Positions 54,090 to 64,000 of a stretch of 64,000 bases of DNA are shown here, piece by piece; position 1 is the stretch's first letter, and every line of letters starts with the position of its first letter. This DNA comes from Perna viridis (taxonomy: Eukaryota). The notes beneath the pieces are model-generated. The model was given only the letters and a program-made list of their open reading frames with translations, was not told where the DNA came from and ran no database searches. The position numbers and the translations under genes were made by a program. The stretch is taken from positions 19,282,001 through 19,346,000 of the forward strand of contig CM074516.1 in assembly GCA_037379345.1 (NCBI GenBank). Direction: 5' to 3'.

Positions 54090-54525
54090 CCCGTTTGTTG
54101 AGATGTTTTTTGGTTGACAAAAATGGACAGGCACATAGTAGGTAAATTGTAAAAGGTGTTTATTTATTCTAAAATTCATTTACATTGTTTGTTGTAACGA
54201 TTGATGCATGGACTTACAGTCATTTCTGAATTATTCCTGATATCATTGCAAACTTACATGCTGATATACTTAATGTTACTTAACGCATTGCACAAACAAG
54301 TTCAATATGAACCGTGAAACAACAAAATGAATCGCACATCTAAGAACCTAAAACTGAGTTTAGTAGAACTGGTTTTTTTTAATGATTTTTTTTGGTATTT
54401 TACATATCTGTCATGTTAAAGATTCTACAGTTTTTGCGGTTATGATGATGCACAACAACATACGTATAAATCTGATTCTATCTTCAATTAAAAGTACGAA
54501 TTGGTGGTACAGGTATGTTTTTCGT

Positions 54526-54774
54526 TGAAAGAGTAATCAAGGGAACCAAGGTTATAGCGGTAATCAAAAGAATGTAATCCAGGGACAAAGACCAGACATG
54601 GAAAACAGACATACACAACAAAGAACATAAAGTAACTAAAATCATACATACATAGTAACAAAAGAAAATAAGCAACTTGGATTCCACTCAAAACTGGGAG
54701 CATGGACCAGGTGCACCGGTAGGGTAAGCGTCCTTTGCTTTTCCAGAAACACCCGCCGAGTTGCTCATAAAAAG
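54526..54774 (-). mobile_element. 3'-UTR-only copy of the Penelope-like element
   Basis: The reverse complement is nearly identical to 3893-4119 and 63380-63614, and retains the terminus CCCTTGATTACTCTTTCA. Confidence 0.9.
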
Positions 54775-54844
54775 AACGATTACAAAATATTCATATTTAT
54801 TGAAGATTTTGATTATGAATTTAATATAACGAGAACTGATATTG

Positions 54845-54960
54845 TGAATTTGTCAATGCAACAACCCCAGTGGGATGAAGAAAGTCAACCATGGGTCTTC
54901 AATGAATCCGGATGAAACTCTCACACCACAGGGCACGCTGCACCTGGTTCTAAAAACAAC
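54845..54960. repeat. Interspersed repeat fragment (GGTCTTCAATGAA family), related to 55860-55940
   Basis: Both copies share the layout TGTCAA...CCATKGGTCTTCAATGAA...GAAAC...ACC. Confidence 0.5.
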
Positions 54961-55859
54961 ATTATACACATGTACAGCGAATAATGTCCCTTAACGACTC
55001 CAAAAACATAAAAGAAAACTGAAAGTGTCACAAAACACAATTCAAGAAAGCCCAAAGCAAGTACAAGAAAAAACATTTTACATACAAAACTAATAGTAGG
55101 CTTCGGAAAGAAACTAAATAGCTTATACAAAGTTCCGTGTCGTTCTGGTTATTCGACTGGGAAAAAAATAAATATAAACAAAAAGGAACTGTGAAACCAA
55201 AAACATTTTAAAAACACATATCAAACGAGTCGGAGCTACACAACGACCTAAAGTGGATCAGTTCGGTATTGGAATCTGTGCCTTTCCGTGAAGCGACATA
55301 TGGACGAACAAGTTGCAGAATAATTGAAAAAAAAACAACTTCAACATTATTTTTGTTCCCATCCCCGATTCATGCACAAATGTTGTACATGCATAATTCC
55401 AAATTAATTATGTTAAAATTATGTTTTTAACATGAATGTATTTAACTACATGAAAAAAAGACATGAAATCAATTAGCTATTTTGTATTTTGTATTTTCAG
55501 CTACCACGGCAAACATGGGTCCATGAATTTGGAATTGAAAAATTGAAGAATTTTATATGAAGGTAGAAGAGCGAATCTCCACGAGCAGCAACTCATTCAA
55601 AAACTATTTCGATAATACGGTTCAATTACAACAGACTGGCAACCGGTTTCGACGTCAAACGAACAAGCTCAAAGCAAACTTCAGTACATATATTATAAGA
55701 GAGATTTTTGCAAAGAACTCTATTTCCCCTCATTTAACAATTTGTCAGATTAAATGTATTGTGTATATAAGTATGTATATGAAAATCATGATGCTAGCAA
55801 ATGTTGTTTGTTTAAAAGACACTTAAGTGATGTGTGAAAGTATAGAAATTCAATATAAT

Positions 55860-55940
55860 GGTGTGTATGTCAAAGAGACAATAAGCCAACCAAGGCCACC
55901 CATTGGTCTTCAATGAACGACGAGGAAACCTTTATACCAT
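55860..55940. repeat. Second fragment of the GGTCTTCAATGAA family
   Basis: Similarity to 54845-54960. Confidence 0.5.
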
Positions 55941-56254
55941 AGTTTGATATGAATTTATATTATCCAATTAAAAAATTGCGTGTTATGTGTTTTGCATTTT
56001 GTATTTTGTATTTGCTTGACCTATATGGGTGTAATTTTGTAATAGAATAAAAAAAATAAAAATAAAACTTATTTTTCTATCTTTTGTTCATCATTGATTG
56101 ATTGGTTATCTTTATTTCCACCACAGTTGAAGATTAGATATTTGAGAAACAGAATTAGCTATATTAAACAAAAAGCCTAGTTACAACATCGAAGAAGAAA
56201 CAAAAAGAATATCAAACACAATATGTCATTTTCTTACGTCGATCATGTTCATAT

Positions 56255-56394
56255 CAGTGTCGGATCGAGGTTCCGGGAGTAGGAACCTTTCTCCTTTTGC
56301 GGAAAATTTTGTTAATTGTGTGTAAAATTAGGGCAAATGGACAAACATGAGCAAGTAATAGCCTGGGTCCCTTTAAAAATATGAATCTGCCTTG
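56255..56394. mobile_element. Degenerate GGCGGATCC-type MITE
   Basis: CAGTGTCGGATCGAGG ... ATGAATCTGCCTTG; interior GGAAAATTTTG..TGTGTAAAATT resembles family A. Confidence 0.55.
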
Positions 56395-57264
56395 CAATTT
56401 ATCAATTCGAATATTTTCTGGGTACCGAACTGTAATTCACTGTAATTTCTCGTATTTTTATTTGGGGGAGAGGGTAAGGGAAGTGTAATTAAGGGAACCA
56501 ATGTTTGAGAAAGCTTTTAGATAATAAGAAATATTTGACGATAAAATACTAGTATATCCAATAAATAAATACTTTTATAGCTTCAAGATTTAACAATTTA
56601 GGTGCAGCACTTTCTTGTAGATGTTACATTGTAACGATCCAGAGACACAATGATTGGTGATGAGCTAATTTCAAACTGATCAACGCATTTCAATTTTAGT
56701 CGTTTTTTTTTTCTAATTTTTGGCCGTGTGAATGGCATAAAAAAAATCAGCACATTTTCTCCGACATTACACATTAAACAATGCGTAGTTGTATTATTTC
56801 ACTTACAAACGGTCATAAAAACCCGGCCACTAATTTATCAATTTTCTGTGGAGAAAATGATTTTACACTTAACTATGTTGTGGTGTATTTGAATGATCGA
56901 AGTAATAGTTCAAATCCGACTTTTGACACTTTTATATGCAAATCATTCCATCTTGATCGTTTAGATACATTAATTAAATAATAGTATCATTATAACCTAA
57001 TTAGTCAGGGTTGTTCAACCATCACAAAACAGCCATAGATCTATACAAATTTCTGAATTAATAAGAATCTGTAATTTCTATTATTTATATACAAGACAAA
57101 CAGAGACTTGGTCCGAATAATCCAGTCGTTTTATTACTACCCTTGCATCCACTGCATTAAGTTCTGTTATGTCAACCGTCGTTCATTTTTACTCTCCGCA
57201 GGCGGTTGCACAATTAGTATTCATTTGAAATACAATTTTTTTCTAGGTAAATACAACAACAACT

Positions 57265-57403
57265 NNNNNNNNNNNNNNNNNNNNNNNNNNNNNNNNNNNN
57301 NNNNNNNNNNNNNNNNNNNNNNNNNNNNNNNNNNNNNNNNNNNNNNNNNNNNNNNNNNNNNNNNNNNNNNNNNNNNNNNNNNNNNNNNNNNNNNNNNNNN
57401 NNN
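57265..57403. other. Assembly gap (139 N)
   Basis: Run of N. Confidence 1.
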
Positions 57404-57918
57404 AATAAGAGAGAGGAAATTGTTATGCTTAAATGTAGTTCGGTAATGGACCTTTTCTCCAATATCACAAATGGATATTGGGGGAACGAGATTTTTCAGT
57501 CAAAAATGTCAGTATGGAGAGCGGTAACTGACCATTACTTATACGACACTATGAGATTGGAGAAAAAGATTTATTTGTCATTACAATGTGTAATTCTTTT
57601 TAATTTCTACAGAAACCAAGGAGTAAAATATATGCTATTTATACAAATTCTTGGAGAAACATATGAATTTAACAACTACAAGATGGCCTATATTTTAATT
57701 TGCATCGACATTCTTGTTTTTTTTTCTTTTCCTTCAAACGGCATCACCTGCTAATGTAAAAATAAACAACTGTCGACGGTTAAAACAAATTTAAGATATA
57801 ATTTATTATAAGGAATATTATTTATTCATGATCGATGCTGTATAATAATACAATTTTAACATTAATCTACAACTGAAAACCTTAATTAAAATGGTAAAGT
57901 TTGGAAATAGTTAAAGTG

Positions 57919-58213
57919 ACGGAGCTCCATTAGGGACATACAAAGAAAAAATGTAATACTGTGCACGAAAAAAAAATATTATGCTCCAAAAAAAAAATTA
58001 AATAACACACATATTATCTATTTCGTGATTATCATGTGACTATTTTGAGCGCATTCTATTATAATTGTGTGCGTACTTTAAAATGTATAATGTGTGCACA
58101 GGTAATATAATTATTTTGTGCTCAGAATATGATTATTTTCAGCGCACAATATGATTATTTTGAGCACACAATATATATTTTGTGCGTACAATTATATGTC
58201 CCTGTTTCATGTA
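57919..58213. mobile_element. MITE with internal ~21-bp tandem repeats
   Basis: Inverted AGGGACATA / TATGTCCCT near the ends, enclosing repeated ATTATTTTGWGCGCACAATAT units. Confidence 0.65.
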
Positions 58214-61122
58214 TACTTGCTAATATTATTTTATTTTATTTTATTTTATAGAATCGTTTCATAACTTCAATTGTTTGGATTGTGCACGTAGCTGCGATAT
58301 GATCTAGTCTCTGTGATCTAGTAGTATTTCTATTGATTTTTTTTATTTATTATTTTATTGAATTCATTTTTTTCTTTTTCTGTTAATACTTGTAAAACGT
58401 TTGAGGTAATTGACTCTAATTAAACTAATCAAAAATATGATCAATGCATGCACAGTCATAATTTATAACTTATGTAACAGGTTGCTTAATTCGATTCACA
58501 CGAATGGAAATTGTCGAATTTATCATTCAAACGGCTATAAAATATAAGACCAAATTTTAGGAACAAAATTTTATGTTGTTAACATCGTTCATCCGTTAAG
58601 TGAAATATGATGTCAATTGTTGTCCTGTGAATTAGGAATATTGAGAAAAAAAATAAACAAGCAACATTAAAAATTCCCGTTATTGTTTTTTCAATGATAA
58701 TATTAAAACCAATTAAATGTATCAATATTGATTGCCCAAACCAGAGGCTTTTTGTTTAAACAACTCACCTAAAATAGTTTGCTATGATAACTTCGCTATT
58801 CATTTGTTTTTTCATTTGATTGCCTTCTGTTTTAGAATTGTATTCTAATGTAAAATATAACTTCATAAAGTGCTCTGCACACTCACAGTTACTAGGTGCA
58901 TTGTGCTGCGCCAAAAAAAAAACGAAACAGAGTGCAATTAAACAATTTTTGCTTATCAATAAACCATATTTTTTTGTAACAGTAACTGACATATTTTAAA
59001 CAGGTGTAATGAATGTTTTATTTCGCTTGTGGAAACAAAATATTTATGCAAAACCAAATTCATATTATACGAATTTACAATGATAAATTCAGTAACAATA
59101 AGAGAGTGAAAATAAGTCGTTTTCAAGAGAGTCAACTTTAATCATAAATGTGTCAATTAACTTTCTTTTTAGAACAAAAAAATGACAAAACAGTTGACGT
59201 AACACACGAATATTGACACAAACTGAAGTCTGTCACCTGATGTTTCATAAGATCAAAGAATTGATGCCTTATGACCAGACTTCGAACGCCTACAAGTATT
59301 TTTAGTTTGCTTGACTCCTCAATCAGGTTGGAGATAGAAATGATTAGAATTCTATTGTTTCGATGAAAATTTATTCAATTGGAATCAAAGCGTCAGTTTG
59401 AATAAGAGATTAATTTTATTCCCCCTTTTGACACATTTTGCTATGAACACCGGTTACTTATCACAGAAATGTTGAACTACAACAACAAAAGACAGCTTCA
59501 AAAATACACATGCTTATTTATCTATTTTGAAACTTCGAACTCACAATTCCTGGCAGACCGTAGTTGTAAGTCAAAGGTCAACTGAAAACCTCCCTCCGCG
59601 TAAAGGGCGACATAAGAAGACCAATTAAGTCCACTCCATGTAAACTGACTATCTAGAAACTTTAACGTCAGAAAATGATTACATGTATGTGTATGTATAA
59701 TAAAATTTCGCTACACTTGAGGCCAACACCCGGTCACCAAAAAACAAACTGTCGATTTAGAACTCCCTTAACTCTAATTTTGACAGATCAGATCGCTAGA
59801 AATACAAGAGATACATGGCACGCTTCATGAACAACCAACAAATTGGGGAAACAGATAAACGTTTTTTTTTTGTTTCCAGATTTACGATTATTTTGTAAAT
59901 ACATGTATGTTTACTTCGACTTGCTACAAATTTGTCAGCATTTGATTTTTGGCTTTACAGCCTAATATTTTCCCCAGCGTTGCAGCTGATTGGCTAAAAT
60001 ACTAAGTACATGTATCATGTGCTTCAGGAATAATGGTTAAACTTTAAGCAAAATGTACATATTCCGAAACTGTGGCGCAGAAGAAATTTTAATGCACTTT
60101 AAGATAAACCAACATGCTACAATATAAGTCCATCATGCATTGTTTGCAAAACACATTGAAAATAATTGTAAGGCGATACAAAGCGCAATGATATGTAAAT
60201 AATCGGTACAGTATTTTTCAACGTAACATTTTAATCGCATTTTGTGATTATATTTTCATGCTTAAATTTAATCTAATATTTTTTACTTGTAGCGCAGAAT
60301 TGTATTCTGTAATGAGCCGTGCTAGAGACAAACAAAAGCCGAAAAATATTAACGCCCTATAGTAGCCAGGGAAGTACAGAAAATTGTATATTTATTTTTC
60401 TGTTAATCTCTCCCTGTATTGGCAGAAACACATTAGAAATACACTGCGTTGCAATAAAGAAGATATTGAGCCATCTTAATTAAATTAATCAGCCGTTTGA
60501 GACCACCCAATGCGATCTTGCTTATGTTCGGGTCGCTGGACGTGTCTTTCTGATGCTCAAAAGTAAAATGGTGTCCGCGCAGTGTATTGTGGTTAATTCT
60601 TTAATGAGAAGTGGATAGTTGTAGCAATGCGTGAATCATATGAGATTTTTTTAGAACGTTTTCTCCGTTTTCAGAGATTCGTCAAATTTGAAGCGTAAAA
60701 TTCATTCCCCATGAGACGAGCAATCCATAATTAGGATAGATAGATCGATGGACCTTCCCCAAAAATCCAGATTGATCGGAAAATAAATGAAATTTGATTG
60801 ACTTGTGAGGTCTTAATTTATTACTATTTATTTGTGACAAATGGAAAAAATATGGCATTGCAATATATTGCTTAGTTTATTTTCCCATGTTTTTGTAATA
60901 ACTGTTTATCTTATTTTCGATTTGGCGACCTTTTTCTTTCTTTCTTTCCTGTGAACAACAATTTTTTAAACTATATAAGAAGCCAACATTTTGCCATTCA
61001 AAGTATGGGACAGAAATTACACGACTTTCACACTTCAAAAAATAATTTAATGGTTTGCCAAATATCAGAAGGCCACTATATCCGCGGATTGTCCTTATCA
61101 CGGTGTTTTAAGTGCCAGTATC

Positions 61123-61487
61123 TGTAAGAATCAGGCAGTGGGTGAAACATGGTATGAAAAAAACCCACAGTTTTGATAGTTTAATTTGACTATTTTCATC
61201 ATCAGAATCAAGGAAAACAGACAAGATTTTCTATATCATGCTGGCCCGTTGATTTATAATTTCACTGAAATGCACTGAAAATGAAAATTTCAAGGGCAGA
61301 TAACTCTGTCAAACACCTCCTTTTCCTAAGATTCTATTGACAAAATTATGAGGAAAGTCAGTGATGCAGAGATCAAATAATGGTCTTTTCAAATAGAGAA
61401 AGCATGCTTGAGTGATATTACATTGTCAGATTGGTGGGTTTTTGACAGGCATGTTTCTGATTTTTCCCATTTTGCCCGATTCTTACA
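61123..61487. mobile_element. MITE with termini TGTAAGAATCAGGCA / TGCCCGATTCTTACA
   Basis: 15-bp inverted termini with 1 mismatch; partial copy at 48151; terminus resembles that of 45533-45901. Confidence 0.8.
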
Positions 61488-61632
61488 AACACGTATACTT
61501 AAATATCAATACAAAAGCTGGATGTCAAAAAGTGTCGTGCAGAGTTGTCAGTTTTTTTTTCGTGCAAACTTTGCAATCTATTTAAGGTGAGAATTTGCGA
61601 AATTCTTTTCTTTTTTTTATGTTTTGTTTGGC

Positions 61633-61649
61633 TTTGTTTTTGTTTTTGT

Positions 61650-61692
<43 letters not shown>

Positions 61693-61702
61693 TGTTTTTT
61701 TT
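61633..61702. repeat. (TTTTTG)n/(TTTTG)n simple repeat
   Basis: Read directly from the sequence. Confidence 0.95.
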
Positions 61703-63199
61703 GCACCGTCATGATTTTGCTTTAAGGTCGTTGTCTTCTGTGCCGCTTCCCCCATATCATCGAATCATCGGAAATTACAAATTGTCAAAAAATCATATCG
61801 ACAGATGATTTTGAGGAAAAAAAATGTTTCAAATGTTAGTCAGTACCAAGACAAGCAACTTCTAGGAAACAACCGTCAGACTTTTAACACATATTTCTGT
61901 CAAATTAACAAGTTTTAGAACGTTTAACAAATATTAATCAACAACTATAACTTTGTAAACGCATAATAAATCCTTGTCCAAATCGAAAATTTGACAATAT
62001 TTGGCAAAGACATATTAATTTTTACACTCATGATGGATAGTCTTAAAAATTCTGATTTATTGTCACACATACATGAAATAATTGGTCGATCTCAGCGAAC
62101 CATATTTTATAACAGGAATGATTGATACACGTCTAGGGTAAAATACTGCACTTAAAATATTTGAAATGAACACTTTAGCGATGATGAATGGGGTTCTCTG
62201 CTGCACGCTAGGTGTCGTGGTTATCGGGCAACACATAACAATGGATGACTTTGACCCGGAAGCCCTTTAACCACCAATAATGCCGAGAACTGCTAGGTCA
62301 TTTAGAATCATTGCACTTTGCACATTAATTGATGCCAAGAATGGTAAACAATGGCATTGGTAACTTTGATTGAGTGGAATTCAATGTTATTTGAATTTTT
62401 TAACTGTTTAAAAAGTTTGCGATAGTGATGTTTTTTGTTTTTTGTCCAATTACCATAAATGTCATGTTTCAGTAACTTTTTTGTTAATGTGTGTTTGTCT
62501 GTATGAATGAATACGTTCGTCTTTATTCTTCTTTGTAAGAAAAGTGAATCTGGGTTCCGTTTTTTACAGGCTTATGAACACGCAGTACTTTAACGATCTT
62601 ATTCATAACAAAATAGAAACCACAACATTCTTTTGACTTTGAAGCCATGAGTATTTGAATGGGGTATCGAAATTTTTAAAAAAAAATCTAAGAAGCACTA
62701 GCATTTGTTGAATTCCTTGAATTCCTGTTGATGCCGATTAAAACTGGAAATGTCCGATATGTTTTGGCTGTTTGCCATATACAGACCACCAAAAACCGGT
62801 CTAAGTTTTGAAAATTGCTTTTGTGAATGGACTAATTGTTTGTTCCGACATGTTGTAATTTTGCATTTCGATCATATTCCATAACTACTTAAAAGAAAAT
62901 GGTTGATCCAATAGTGTGCCTTGTCTCCGCCTCCTGCTAACATAACGTTTCATATTGTTTTTACCGTATTCATTTTGTTTTGCAACAATAATAATGTTAA
63001 AAGTTCCATACTCCGATTTTCTATTATTGCAAAGTATAGTGAAACCTGTCTAAACCGAACCCTGGGAAATCCGAAATCCTATCTAAACCAGACACTTTTA
63101 AAGTTCCTTTACATCAATTTAAATGCATGTTGAACCTTGGTTAACTGAACACCTGTCGAGACCGAACAAATCTGAAAGTCCAAAAGGGATTTGGATTAA

Positions 63200-63646
63200 G
63201 GAGGTAGACCTAGGGTAAGAAACACAACTCTTAAAAATCATTGGAACGTTTGTATTCAGCATTTTACATCAATCGTATGTAAGCAACTATTTAACTTGCA
63301 TTCATTTTATTCTGCTTCAGACTAAAGCTTGAGAGGCTTTGGTGAAGCTGAATATGATGCCAACATATCACTGATTTCAACTCGGCGGGTGTTTCTAGAA
63401 AAGCAGAGGACGCTTACCCTACCGGTGCACCTGGTCCATGCTCCTATTTTTTAGTGGAGTCCGAGTTGCTCTTTTTTTTTGTTACTTTGCATGTATGATT
63501 TTGGTTGCTTTATGTTCTTTGTTGTGTATGTCTGTTTTCCATGTCTGGTCTTTGTCCCTGGATTACATTTTTTTTATTACCGCTATAACCTTGGTCCCCT
63601 TGATTAGTCTTTCAGGAGTTATGTCCCTAACTCTAGGTCTACCTCC
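63200..63646. mobile_element. Kolobok-like TTAA MITE, copy 2, carrying an inserted PLE fragment
   Basis: Perfect TTAA duplication (63196-63199, 63647-63650); termini GGAGGTAGACCTAG / CTAGGTCTACCTCC; homologous to 3306-3516 apart from the insert. Confidence 0.9.
63380..63614 (+). mobile_element. 3'-UTR-only Penelope-like fragment inserted in the MITE
   Basis: Matches 3906-4119 and 54526-54761; TTTCA at both junctions (63375-63379 and 63610-63614). Confidence 0.9.
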
Positions 63647-64000
63647 TTAAATCAGTCTCATTTGGCAGTAAACTATCGCAATAATCTATGAATTTACAAT
63701 ACTTTGACGAAGAAAATTTTTACAGCGACGACAGGTCTGTAAGACAATGACCAAAAGAGAACGAACCTAAAAACAAAACTACTGACAGAGCAAGCACATG
63801 TGGAGTAGGACACCATTTATAATTTATATCCATTAATTTATACACTTCTCTGTTCTGACATCTAGGACAAAGGCTTTATTAATTTATTAAGACATTAAAT
63901 GACGCAAACTTGTAATACTTCAGTATCAGTCCATATGAAATTCAGACATTGCCAATGTTAGAGGCGATTCATGGTGTAGAAAACCCCATCAAATGCTTTT

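Larger units (their letters stand above)
63037..63662. mobile_element. Outer MITE with TA-YAGTGAAACCTGTCTAAACCGAAC terminus (Tc1/mariner-pogo-like), right terminus interrupted
   Basis: Left TIR at 63037-63060 with internal repeats CCTATCTAAACC and ACCTGTCGAGACCGAAC. A degenerate right TIR, GATTTGGATTAA|ATCAGTCTCATT, is split by the element at 63200-63646. Confidence 0.55.

Noticed and set aside
57108-57468. ORFs spanning the N run
   Set aside because: Artefacts of the assembly gap.
61192-61206. Minus-strand CTGATGA-T-GAAA, a hammerhead-like core; also CTGATGA at 10426 and 40551
   Set aside because: No stem II and no correctly placed GAAA with stems I and III. No canonical hammerhead was found by eye.
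484-63133. Remaining 60-120 aa ORFs in the track
   Set aside because: Many use non-ATG starts, are F/L/I/K-rich as expected from AT-rich non-coding DNA or repeats, and show no domain signatures.

Overview
AT-rich animal genomic DNA. The repeat families look like those of a bivalve mollusc, probably mytilid; this is an inference. The only convincing protein-coding gene is an intronless class III POU-homeodomain gene (POU3, ortholog of POU3F/Brn/vvl) on the minus strand. Its ATG is at 35212 and its stop at 33917, and it sits in the middle of a gene desert. It has a motif-rich promoter (three CCAAT boxes, a Pbx/Meis-Prep decamer, TCF and POU sites), two short uORFs, and a U-rich 3' UTR of about 1.2 kb with clustered miRNA-complementary sites. 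The flanks carry 3'-end fragments of a Penelope-like (Naiad-type) retroelement, tRNA-derived SINEs, several MITE families, a Helentron-type non-autonomous element, short tandem duplications and one assembly gap. The most interesting signals are four: a covarying multi-stem RNA structure at the 3' end of the Penelope-like copies; A-to-G-biased damage in one copy, resembling ADAR editing; a 3'-compensatory-type miR-182/183 site beside a miR-92 site in the POU3 3' UTR; and a triple-nested transposon at 63.0-63.7 kb. No searches were run, so family names and miRNA sequences come from recall and need checking.
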